A DNA stretch of 20,000 nucleotides from an uncultured virus (IMG/VR IMGVR_UViG_3300003618_000228). Taxonomy: Duplodnaviria; Heunggongvirae; Uroviricota; Caudoviricetes. A program made the position numbers and the translations under genes. A model generated the notes under the pieces. It was given only the letters and a program-made list of their open reading frames with translations, did no database searches and had not been told where the DNA came from. The DNA is taken from the IMG/VR virus record IMGVR_UViG_3300003618_000228, one strand, 5' to 3'. Shown one piece after another: positions 9,063-16,997 of this stretch. Each line of letters begins with the position of its first letter. Position 1 is the stretch's first letter.

Positions 9063-9413
9063 ATGGCAACAGTAACAAGAACAAATCCAGCCGCAACAAC
9101 AACAGGTGTTGAAATGGTTGGTCCAGATCTAACATTTTTTACAATTGATTATATTGTGGCAGTAAACGGTTCAGCAGGCGCCGCTGGCGCACAAGCAGCT
9201 ACATTGCGTATAATTAACACAATGCATACAATTGTTGCAGCCGGTCCATTGCATAACTCAAATACAGAGCAAACTTTCGCAATTGAGGGTCCTTTGTTTA
9301 CCCCAACAGGTGGCACAACATTACAAGCACAAATTAGAGCATTAGGCACAGTAGATGGTGTTTCACTTGCAGGCGCAGTAGTAACAGTAAAAGATTTAAG
9401 TATTGGAACATAA
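9063..9413 (+). CDS. Small putative virion structural protein, possibly head decoration (116 aa)
   Basis: Strong SD, own promoter and terminator; Thr/Ala/Gly/Val-rich beta-type composition; directly after the capsid gene. Function is inference only. Confidence 0.7.
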   Translation: MATVTRTNPAATTTGVEMVGPDLTFFTIDYIVAVNGSAGAAGAQAATLRIINTMHTIVAAGPLHNSNTEQTFAIEGPLFTPTGGTTLQAQIRALGTVDGVSLAGAVVTVKDLSIGT

Positions 9414-9436
9414 TTAAAGTTATAAGTTTCAGGAAC

Positions 9437-9465
9437 AAACCACCCACTTTGGGTGGTTTTTTCTT
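9437..9465 (+). terminator. Rho-independent terminator, near copy of 8991-9019
   Basis: aaaccaccca-ctt-tgggtggttt followed by tttctt. Confidence 0.9.
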
Positions 9466-9466
9466 G

Positions 9467-9474
9467 GATAAATA
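9467..9474 (+). promoter_or_regulatory. Late promoter variant GATAAATA
   Basis: TAAATA core at 9469-9474 immediately after the terminator. Confidence 0.7.
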
Positions 9475-9555
9475 CAAATGCGTAGTAATACACTACGTTT
9501 ATGGGGAACACCATCCCCGTAATCCATAGAATGGATAACCTTAAGGAGAAACAAA
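9475..9555 (+). promoter_or_regulatory. Structured 5' leader with three tandem hairpins
   Basis: cgtagt/actacg (9481-9497), atgggga/tccccgt (9501-9520), atccat/atggat (9522-9536), then AAGGAG at 9543-9548. Confidence 0.6.
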
Positions 9556-10179
9556 ATGGGAAGACCAATTAACAAAAAGCACATTGGTGACGGTGTAGGT
9601 AAAATTCAAGTCACCGCAGTACGATTCGCAGCCGGCGCAGAAGTAGCTGCCGCAACAGAAGCACATATTATTCAGCAAAAAGGAACTAAGAAGTTTAAAG
9701 TAACTGATGGTTCCAAAACTGAAGTAGTTACCCTAGTAAATAAGAGCCCAGGCTCATTAGCAGCTAGTGAAATGTGTATTAACGTTACAGACTCACTTGG
9801 TGTATCAAAGCAGATCACAAAATTACGCAACAGAACCTTCCAAGTTGAAGGCACATCTAACGCAAAGTGGTCACGTTCTGCTACTGGTACTTCATCAGCA
9901 GTTGAAAAAGTTATCACAGGCGCAACAGCCGCCAACCCTGTAGTAATTACAAGTAATGGTCATGGACTTGCAAATGGTACAAAAGTTTCTATCCGTGGTG
10001 TAGTAGGTATGGTAGAACTTAATGTTGAAACAGCATTTACTGTAGCATCCACAGCTACTAATACGTTTGCATTATCAGGTATTAACGGTTCTGCTTATAC
10101 AGCATACACTTCGGGTGGTGTTGCAACAGCTGCCGCTGTAACTTCTGGTTCAATCGTAGTTGACGCACAAGTATCATAA
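9556..10179 (+). CDS. Putative virion protein with a C-terminal beta domain resembling phage 'E1 FCCH-like' domains (207 aa)
   Basis: Strong SD; N-terminus MGRPINKK; C-half ITGATAANPVVITSNGHGLANGTKVSIRGVVGMVELN...TFALSG...YTAYTSGG recognised from memory as the FCCH-like pattern. Confidence 0.65.
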   Translation: MGRPINKKHIGDGVGKIQVTAVRFAAGAEVAAATEAHIIQQKGTKKFKVTDGSKTEVVTLVNKSPGSLAASEMCINVTDSLGVSKQITKLRNRTFQVEGTSNAKWSRSATGTSSAVEKVITGATAANPVVITSNGHGLANGTKVSIRGVVGMVELNVETAFTVASTATNTFALSGINGSAYTAYTSGGVATAAAVTSGSIVVDAQVS

Positions 10180-10201
10180 ACTTTATAAAGTTAGTGATTT
10201 T

Positions 10202-10227
10202 GAAGAGGGGCCACGTGGCCCCTTTTC
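10202..10227 (+). terminator. Rho-independent terminator
   Basis: aggggcc-acgt-ggcccct (perfect 18-bp palindrome at 10206-10223) followed by ttt. Confidence 0.8.
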
Positions 10228-10240
10228 TATTTAAAAATTG

Positions 10241-10248
10241 TATAAATA
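10241..10248 (+). promoter_or_regulatory. Late promoter TATAAATA
   Basis: Exact consensus 24 nt before ATG 10273. Confidence 0.8.
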
Positions 10249-10272
10249 ATATAACATTGGAAATAACGAAAT

Positions 10273-11151
10273 ATGGCTAGAAACCTTACGACAAGTGGTG
10301 ATTATACAATTGATGCTGGTACAAATGATATTAAATTAACAGCATCTGATATTACAGTTACTGGTAATTTAGCAGTTACCGGCACAACCACTACTATTAC
10401 AACTACCAACACAGCAATAACAGATAATGTTATTGTTTTGAATAAAGATGAATCTGGTGCAGGTGTTACTGCAGGTACTGCTGGTGTAGAAATTGAACGT
10501 GGTTCAGTTGATAACGCATCAATTATTTGGAATGAAACGACTGATAAATTTAATTTAAAAGTAGGATCAGGATTAGCGGCGTTAGACGTACTTAATGTTA
10601 CCTCATCTGGTGGCTTAACAATAGGCGCAATTACTATCACATCTATATTAGATGAAGATAATATGGCAAGTGATAGTGCTGTAGCATTATCAACACAACA
10701 AAGTATTAAAGCATATGTTGATACTACAGTTTCTGGCTCAGCTGGTGGTGCTAATACACAAGTTCAATATAATAGTTCAAGTGCATTTGCTGGTAATTCT
10801 GCATTTACATTTAATAGTGGAACAGGAGCAGTAGGAATTACTGGACAATTAAATATAGATAATTTAAGAGCAGACGGCAATACTATTAGTTCAACAGACA
10901 CAAATGGTAACATTACACTTAGTCCTAATGGAACTGGAGTGATTACTTTGGGTAAAGCAGCTGATGTAAGCATCCAGTGTAATTTTGCAGACCAAGGTAG
11001 TGATCCAAGTGCTACAGCAACTAAGAATAAAATTTATTCTAAAGCACCAAGTGGTGGTGGTACAGGATTGTATTTTGTTAATAACACAACGAGTGGAGAA
11101 ATGATAAGTAAAAGTAAAGCAATTGCTTTTTCTTTAGTATTTGGTGGATAA
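10273..11151 (+). CDS. Fibre-like virion structural protein (292 aa)
   Basis: T/G/S/N-rich; modules GNLAVTGTTTT...AGVEIERG...WNETTDKF, ILDEDNMASDS..ALSTQQSIKAYVD and ISSTDTNGNITLSPNGTG, all also present in the 16998 ORF. Confidence 0.7.
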   Translation: MARNLTTSGDYTIDAGTNDIKLTASDITVTGNLAVTGTTTTITTTNTAITDNVIVLNKDESGAGVTAGTAGVEIERGSVDNASIIWNETTDKFNLKVGSGLAALDVLNVTSSGGLTIGAITITSILDEDNMASDSAVALSTQQSIKAYVDTTVSGSAGGANTQVQYNSSSAFAGNSAFTFNSGTGAVGITGQLNIDNLRADGNTISSTDTNGNITLSPNGTGVITLGKAADVSIQCNFADQGSDPSATATKNKIYSKAPSGGGTGLYFVNNTTSGEMISKSKAIAFSLVFGG

Positions 11152-11154
11152 AAT

Positions 11155-11553
11155 ATGGCAGTCACAATAACAAACATAGTAAACGTAGCTTCAACAGCAG
11201 TTTTTACGGCATCAGGTAGTGTTGCGGTTACAGATATAATAATATTTAATACAGATCCTCATGCAGATTCACATTTTCATTGGAAACTAAACTTAGTACC
11301 TAGTGGTGATGGTGTGACAGTTAATAATGTATTATTTAATTCAGGTGGTGGTGGTGCTCTTACAGTGCCAATTTTACCTGGATCTAGTATACATGTAAAT
11401 ACTGTTTCAGGTATGGTAGCAAATAAATGGCTACTTGCTAATGGTGATAAGTTTTATATTGATTTAGACGCCACATCTAATTCATCTGGAACCTGGTCAG
11501 GTTCTCCTGCTACAGTTCCAGTAAACGTATTTGTTAATTACATGAGCTTATAA
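11155..11553 (+). CDS. Hypothetical beta-rich virion protein (132 aa)
   Basis: Tightly packed ORF in the fibre operon; alternating hydrophobic beta-strand pattern. Confidence 0.65.
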   Translation: MAVTITNIVNVASTAVFTASGSVAVTDIIIFNTDPHADSHFHWKLNLVPSGDGVTVNNVLFNSGGGGALTVPILPGSSIHVNTVSGMVANKWLLANGDKFYIDLDATSNSSGTWSGSPATVPVNVFVNYMSL

Positions 11554-11554
11554 T

Positions 11555-11986
11555 ATGCCTTTTGATAGCACTAGACCAGAATACTTTCCACATTCTATTT
11601 TTAGATTAGCCGACACTAAAGGCATGGCTGTGCCTACAGGCACAACTGCTCAACGGCCGGTAGCTCCTATTTTAATTAATGGTGCAATAAGATATAATTC
11701 TACTTTAAATGCTATAGAAGCATATATTAATGGTTCTTGGGGAACAATAAGATCAACAGGTACCTCAACTATTACTAAAGACACAGCAACTGGCAATAAT
11801 GTATTAACGGCATTTAATATGTTAAGTGCTAGTGTTGCTGATGAGAATAATGTTTTAATTTTTATTAATAACGTTTTTCAAGAAGCAGATGTAGCATATA
11901 CTATATCAGGAACTACTGTCACATTTACTTCCGCTCCTCCGAACACTCATAAAATAGTAGCATTGAGTGGATTTGATACCGTTTAA
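11555..11986 (+). CDS. Small fibre/baseplate-associated protein (143 aa)
   Basis: PTGTTAQRP...GAIRYNST...EAYINGSW motif plus a TGN..LTAF...AYTISGTTVTFTSAP domain; paralogous to part of ORF 15480-16760. Confidence 0.7.
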   Translation: MPFDSTRPEYFPHSIFRLADTKGMAVPTGTTAQRPVAPILINGAIRYNSTLNAIEAYINGSWGTIRSTGTSTITKDTATGNNVLTAFNMLSASVADENNVLIFINNVFQEADVAYTISGTTVTFTSAPPNTHKIVALSGFDTV

Positions 11987-12000
11987 TACTTTTACCAAAC

Positions 12001-12006
12001 TAAATA
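12001..12006 (+). promoter_or_regulatory. Late promoter core TAAATA
   Basis: acTAAATAgt in the 50-bp gap; GGAG SD at 12027-12030. Confidence 0.6.
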
Positions 12007-12036
12007 GTATAAAGTGTTATACAATCGGAGAATAGT

Positions 12037-15000
12037 ATGGCTATAGGTCGCGTTTCAGGCCCGATGTTACAAGCAAACCTTGAGCGTCAAGGTTCCAACC
12101 TAGCATTTGAGACTAATTTATTATATTTAGATGTTACTAATTCACGTATCGGTGTTGGTACAGCATCTCCAGGATTTTCTTTGGAAGTTGCAGGCGATGC
12201 TGAGATTGGTAATGTTGAAATAGACACAAATACTATTACAACAACAAACACTAATGGTAACTTGATATTAAATGCTAATGGTACAGGCACTATTGATGTT
12301 TCAAGTAAAAAGATTACTAGTGTGGCCACTCCAACAGCAGGAACAGATGCCGCAAATAAAACATATGTAGATTCAGTAGTTGGTACAACTGATGGTATGG
12401 ATCTTGATTTAGGTACTCCAACTGACAGTAGTTTAACAGTTGATGGTGCTTATTTAAATTGGCTTACAACTACAAAAGTTACAGATGCTATTGATGATTT
12501 AAACGAAGTTACAGAAAATATTCGTAATGATACATTTGTTAAATCAACGTCATTTGTTGCAAACGTTACTTCTGGTGGTGCTGGTTTAGTAGTAACTTTA
12601 ACTATTACTACTGTTGGTAATCCTAATAGATATGATATTACTTGGGGTGATGGCAATAGTACAAATAACACATCAGATTCTACGCCAACACATACCTATG
12701 CTACAAACGTAGGCTCACCATTTACTGTAACAGTTCGTGCTTATAATAATGGTGGAGCAGGATCTGGTAGTGAAGCAAGTTCTACAAGAACAAGCTACAT
12801 TATAATTTATACAGCCAACCCAGTTGTAAGTTTTGCCGCATATGCCGCTTCCACAGGTGGCAGTCCAATTACATATTGGGATGACGGTGCAACTGTTTAT
12901 TTTGATAATAACACAACAAATATTGGTGGAGCAACCATACAATATACTTGGGATTGGGGCGATAGTGAAAGTGACAATGTTATTTCAAGTGATAGTGCCG
13001 CAGGTGGTAGTGTTGGTGCTAGACTTGCTCATACATTTACAGCAAGCACGGAACAAGAACGAACTAGAACGGTTGAACTAACATTAGATGCACATAATAC
13101 TGCGGACCCATCACAAATACCTACTGATAGTAGTACTGCTCATAAGATTTATGATACACATACGCCAACAGTAGGATTAAGTGCTACAACAGGTATAAAC
13201 CAAGAAGGCACAAGTGGATTGCCAATAACATTTACTAATAACACAGAAGCAACTATTGGTAATTTTGCTACTTACGGACAACAATATGTTTATACTTGGG
13301 GTGATGGCACAGCAAATACCACAGTAAACGTAGGTGTTGGAGGTTCAGGTGATACAGGTAATACTTTAGCACACACATTTGCATTAAGTGGAGCTAACCA
13401 AGCGGCTGGTAATGATGTAGATTATACTGGTAACTTACGAGTAACAAGTAGTCATTCAAGTAGTCCGTTTATAAGTGCTAACTTTACTGTACACGTAGAG
13501 CCCGATGTGCGTTGCAACATTGCGGCAACTGCGGTAACAATAAGTGACCGCTCAGGTGATAATCAATATGATTTGTACGATTTGACTGACTATAATGGAA
13601 ATAATAGAGCACTAGTAAGAGCAACTAATACATCACAAAATGCTGACAGTTATGTATATACTTGGAATGATGGTGACACTAATAATGTTACAGAAGATGG
13701 TTCAGCCGCGGGTAGTATTGGTGCTACATTAGATCACAGCTATGCTGGCGAATCTGCCGGCAACTATATTGTAAGTGTGTTAGCATCAGGCACTCCAGAT
13801 TTAACAGCACAAACTGATACAGATGCTGACCAAACATTTACTATAAACGCAACTCCAGCCGCTCCAGGTAACTTGAGTGCAGAGTCACTTACATTGTCAG
13901 ATTCATATCAAGGCTCAAGTCCAAAATTGTGTTCTGGTTTTGCTGATAATAGTACAAGTAATCCTTTAAGTGCTGGTGCAAGTTTAACAACAACTACAGC
14001 AAGACGTTATACAAGTGGTACAATTGATACAAATAATGTTACTAATGCTTATAATGGCGGAGCAGGCACACTCACAGCCAAAGTTAATGGTGTAGATAGA
14101 GGTAATAAAACATTTAGTTCAACATTAAATGAAAATGGAACGTTTACTTCACTTGTAGTATCTGACCAACGAGACGCCAACGATACTATTAGTTCATCAA
14201 CATACCCAACAGGTTTTTATCAAACATTTGATGCTAAAATTACACAAGCATTGGGTAGTTATACAGTAGGTGTTAATGATGAAAGATTAGAACATAGTGC
14301 TACGGGTAACACAAATTATGTATCAGTTGTTTATGACGATATTACAGCAAGTCCAACAGTTGCCAACGTAGGCACATTGTCAGAAGGAACTGCTGGTACA
14401 AAACGATATATTTCGGGTGTTCCATATTATAACACAGGCAGTCCAACACTTAACTTGGCAGGTGTCCAAATTAGTAATTTAACTGGCCAAGCATATAAAG
14501 ATACTTCTTCAGTAGTTGAAGTTGATAGTGGAACAAATCAAGAAAGTACGTCAAGTAACGCATTTAGTAATCAAAATTACACATATGCGAACATTGATGG
14601 TGCCTCGACAATGTTAAGCAGTGGTATTCCCGTTGCTGATACTGGTGTTGCGTCAGCATATACTTTAGGCACATTATCCATACCAATTACGACAAGTAGT
14701 GTGCGAACTGTTGACCGAGCAAAAGTGCGTTGTAGTAATACTAACGGCACAACATCATATTCAAATATTGGCACTACAAATATTCAAGTACATAGATCAT
14801 CACAAAGTGGTATTGTTGAGCAGACTATTGTTGTAGCAGATGCGTTGGGCAATGGCACACATACAGATGACGGAAAACGAGTATTTAATTTTAGTGCGGC
14901 CACTACAGATAATCCTGCAGTTGTTAGTGCAACAAATTATTATACTAGCAGTTTATATAGTGAGAGTGCTGACCCAGGTGTGAGTGGAACTAAAGAAGCA

Positions 15001-15480
15001 ACTATTAGACTTGGCGTAATGAAATATGATGTAACAAATTATAGTTCAGGTTACTTGCCAGTTGGCCCAGATCGTAGTGGTGATACAGGAGCACAATATT
15101 ATACTTTTGCTTTTCGTAGACAAGTTGTTAGTAACTTTGATCTTAATATTACTTCAGCAGGTATTGCTGGACTTTGGATAGCCGCTCCAGGTACTGATAT
15201 TGATGATGCCAGTGGATTAAATGGCTGGATTGATGCAAGTACAACATATGGTGGTAGTGGTGTTCCTGGAAGTGATACAGGTAACGGTGGTAATGGTTCA
15301 GATGGTTGTGCATTTACTTCAGGTGATAGAATTGCCGCAAGCACAGCATTAAGTGGTGGTTACACAATGACATTAGGCTCAGAAAATATGTCTAATGCTA
15401 CAGCAAATGTTGTGTTAGTAAGAATAAAATTAACAACAGGCCAAAGTGTAACGGCTATTAGCGTAGGAGAAGCGAGCTAA
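12037..15480 (+). CDS. Large virion adhesin/fibre protein with four PKD/Ig-like repeats (1147 aa)
   Basis: N-terminal MAIGRVSGPMLQANLER plus fibre motifs (RIGVGTASP, NTNGNLILNANGTG, DAANKTYVD); four Y-x(1-3)-W-(G/N)-D motifs near 12631, 12943, 13291 and 13651, each followed by H-(T/S)-(Y/F). Confidence 0.75.
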   Translation: MAIGRVSGPMLQANLERQGSNLAFETNLLYLDVTNSRIGVGTASPGFSLEVAGDAEIGNVEIDTNTITTTNTNGNLILNANGTGTIDVSSKKITSVATPTAGTDAANKTYVDSVVGTTDGMDLDLGTPTDSSLTVDGAYLNWLTTTKVTDAIDDLNEVTENIRNDTFVKSTSFVANVTSGGAGLVVTLTITTVGNPNRYDITWGDGNSTNNTSDSTPTHTYATNVGSPFTVTVRAYNNGGAGSGSEASSTRTSYIIIYTANPVVSFAAYAASTGGSPITYWDDGATVYFDNNTTNIGGATIQYTWDWGDSESDNVISSDSAAGGSVGARLAHTFTASTEQERTRTVELTLDAHNTADPSQIPTDSSTAHKIYDTHTPTVGLSATTGINQEGTSGLPITFTNNTEATIGNFATYGQQYVYTWGDGTANTTVNVGVGGSGDTGNTLAHTFALSGANQAAGNDVDYTGNLRVTSSHSSSPFISANFTVHVEPDVRCNIAATAVTISDRSGDNQYDLYDLTDYNGNNRALVRATNTSQNADSYVYTWNDGDTNNVTEDGSAAGSIGATLDHSYAGESAGNYIVSVLASGTPDLTAQTDTDADQTFTINATPAAPGNLSAESLTLSDSYQGSSPKLCSGFADNSTSNPLSAGASLTTTTARRYTSGTIDTNNVTNAYNGGAGTLTAKVNGVDRGNKTFSSTLNENGTFTSLVVSDQRDANDTISSSTYPTGFYQTFDAKITQALGSYTVGVNDERLEHSATGNTNYVSVVYDDITASPTVANVGTLSEGTAGTKRYISGVPYYNTGSPTLNLAGVQISNLTGQAYKDTSSVVEVDSGTNQESTSSNAFSNQNYTYANIDGASTMLSSGIPVADTGVASAYTLGTLSIPITTSSVRTVDRAKVRCSNTNGTTSYSNIGTTNIQVHRSSQSGIVEQTIVVADALGNGTHTDDGKRVFNFSAATTDNPAVVSATNYYTSSLYSESADPGVSGTKEATIRLGVMKYDVTNYSSGYLPVGPDRSGDTGAQYYTFAFRRQVVSNFDLNITSAGIAGLWIAAPGTDIDDASGLNGWIDASTTYGGSGVPGSDTGNGGNGSDGCAFTSGDRIAASTALSGGYTMTLGSENMSNATANVVLVRIKLTTGQSVTAISVGEAS

Positions 15481-16760
15481 TGCCCATTTCCGATAGCCAG
15501 AAAGTTGATTACCTTTGGAAAAAGATTGGTTACTCTGCTACTAAAACAGATACAAATACTGCTAAAAAAGCACCCAATGAAGCCATAGCAAGTCCGTTGC
15601 CATTACGTGGTGACAAAGTAATGAAAGATGCTGGAAGTATTCCAGCAGTTATGCCTGGTAGTAATGCATCTCCGGTAACAGTATATCTAACAACTGCTCC
15701 AGATGAATGTACTGTTGACGGTACTTCAGCCGCAAATAGAACTTGGAAAACTGGACTAACAGATTGGATTAGTCCTGAGTTTGGTTCAACCTACCAAGTT
15801 AAAGTTTATATTCATACTACTGGTAATCCGGGCTCAGCCGCATCAGGTGGTGACCAAGTGTTTGCTACTGGTTCCGGCAACAACGATGAATGGTTTTTTG
15901 ATTACCAAAGTGGTGTATTACATTTTGTTGGTACAAACTTACCTAATGGTATTAGTTTTACTGGTAAAAGTTGTTATATAAGCGGTGCAAGATACACTGG
16001 CGAGTTTGGTGTTGGTGGTGATTTAGGCAATTTTACATTTGTTACTAACACTGTGTCAACAAGTGGTTCAAATGAGAACTTAATTGTTGATCCAAATGGA
16101 ACAGGTACGTTAGTTATATCAGCAACTAACTCAATGCGTCCTCCAATAGGCACAACAGCCCAACGTCCTGGTAGTCCAACTGCTGGTGATTTTCGTTATA
16201 ACTCAACTGAAACTAAATTAGAATATTATAATGGATCTGCTTGGACTTTATTACAAGCATCTTCAAGTTCTACTATGACAAGTGAAACATTTACTGGTAA
16301 TGGAGTTTTAACAGCATTTACTTTAGCAACTACACAAACAACAGCAAATGTCATTGTCAGTATTGAAGGTGCCATTCAACGACCAACAACTGCTTATGCT
16401 GTAAGTGGCACTACCTTAACATTTACTGAAGTACCAGCAAATGGTGATGTAATTGAAGTAAGAAAAGTTAATACATTATCATCAGTTTCTTCACTTCAAC
16501 TTTCAGATACAGATGGTGATACTGTAGTACAAGTTGAAGAATCAGGTGACGAAGATAAAATACGAATGGATACAGGAGGTACTGAACGAGTTGTTATAGA
16601 TAGCACAAAAATTGAAACAAAAGTACCTGTACAATTCCCTACATATACAACCACACAACGCAATGCATTATCAGGTGTAGCAGATGGTATGGTTATTTAC
16701 AATTCCACCACTAGTAAGTTCCAAGGACGAGCGGGTAGTTCTTGGATAGATTTCCACTAA
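15480..16760 (+). CDS. Virion fibre/baseplate-associated protein (426 aa), translationally coupled to the upstream gene
   Basis: TAATG stop/start overlap at 15478-15482; modules NENLIVDPNGTG, PIGTTAQRP..GDFRYNST, DTDGDT.VQVEE..DEDKIR, C-terminal PTYTTTQRNAL...GMVIYNSTT.KFQG....W. Confidence 0.75.
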   Translation: MPISDSQKVDYLWKKIGYSATKTDTNTAKKAPNEAIASPLPLRGDKVMKDAGSIPAVMPGSNASPVTVYLTTAPDECTVDGTSAANRTWKTGLTDWISPEFGSTYQVKVYIHTTGNPGSAASGGDQVFATGSGNNDEWFFDYQSGVLHFVGTNLPNGISFTGKSCYISGARYTGEFGVGGDLGNFTFVTNTVSTSGSNENLIVDPNGTGTLVISATNSMRPPIGTTAQRPGSPTAGDFRYNSTETKLEYYNGSAWTLLQASSSSTMTSETFTGNGVLTAFTLATTQTTANVIVSIEGAIQRPTTAYAVSGTTLTFTEVPANGDVIEVRKVNTLSSVSSLQLSDTDGDTVVQVEESGDEDKIRMDTGGTERVVIDSTKIETKVPVQFPTYTTTQRNALSGVADGMVIYNSTTSKFQGRAGSSWIDFH

Positions 16761-16822
16761 AATCTATATTCTACATACCTTCCATTAAGAAAAAACTACT
16801 GCTACAATTTCTTAACCTACAC

Positions 16823-16830
16823 AATAAATA
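16823..16830 (+). promoter_or_regulatory. Late promoter variant AATAAATA
   Basis: TAAATA core at 16825-16830 in the 237-bp intergenic region. Confidence 0.6.
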
Positions 16831-16997
16831 CAATACTGCTGTATATGCTCGAGCATATATTTTGTATGATCTTTATTATCTACTATTAGAATAGAAGTAA
16901 AGGGGCCTTCAGAGTATAGAAGGTGTCATTCCACTATATGTATATACGGTATTTTACAAGGTCTTAGCGGACCTTTTTAAGGAATGGAGAAAAATAA
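16831..16997 (+). promoter_or_regulatory. Long structured 5' leader (candidate cis-regulatory RNA)
   Basis: Perfect palindrome 16842-16859; stems 16871-16902, 16905-16924 and 16958-16975 (then T run); cattcc 16927-16932 complementary to ggaatg 16981-16986 beside the SD. Confidence 0.5.

Noticed and set aside
9475..9555. tRNA or tRNA remnant
   Set aside because: Three hairpins but no acceptor stem, no T-loop GTTC motif and no 3' CCA.
9149..9568. 139-aa minus-strand ORF crossing the terminator and structured leader
   Set aside because: Overlaps two well-supported plus-strand genes and regulatory hairpins; no supporting signals.
8966..10248. Repeated hairpin cassettes as a CRISPR mini-array
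   Set aside because: Only two similar copies, separated by a whole gene; they are terminator-shaped with T runs.
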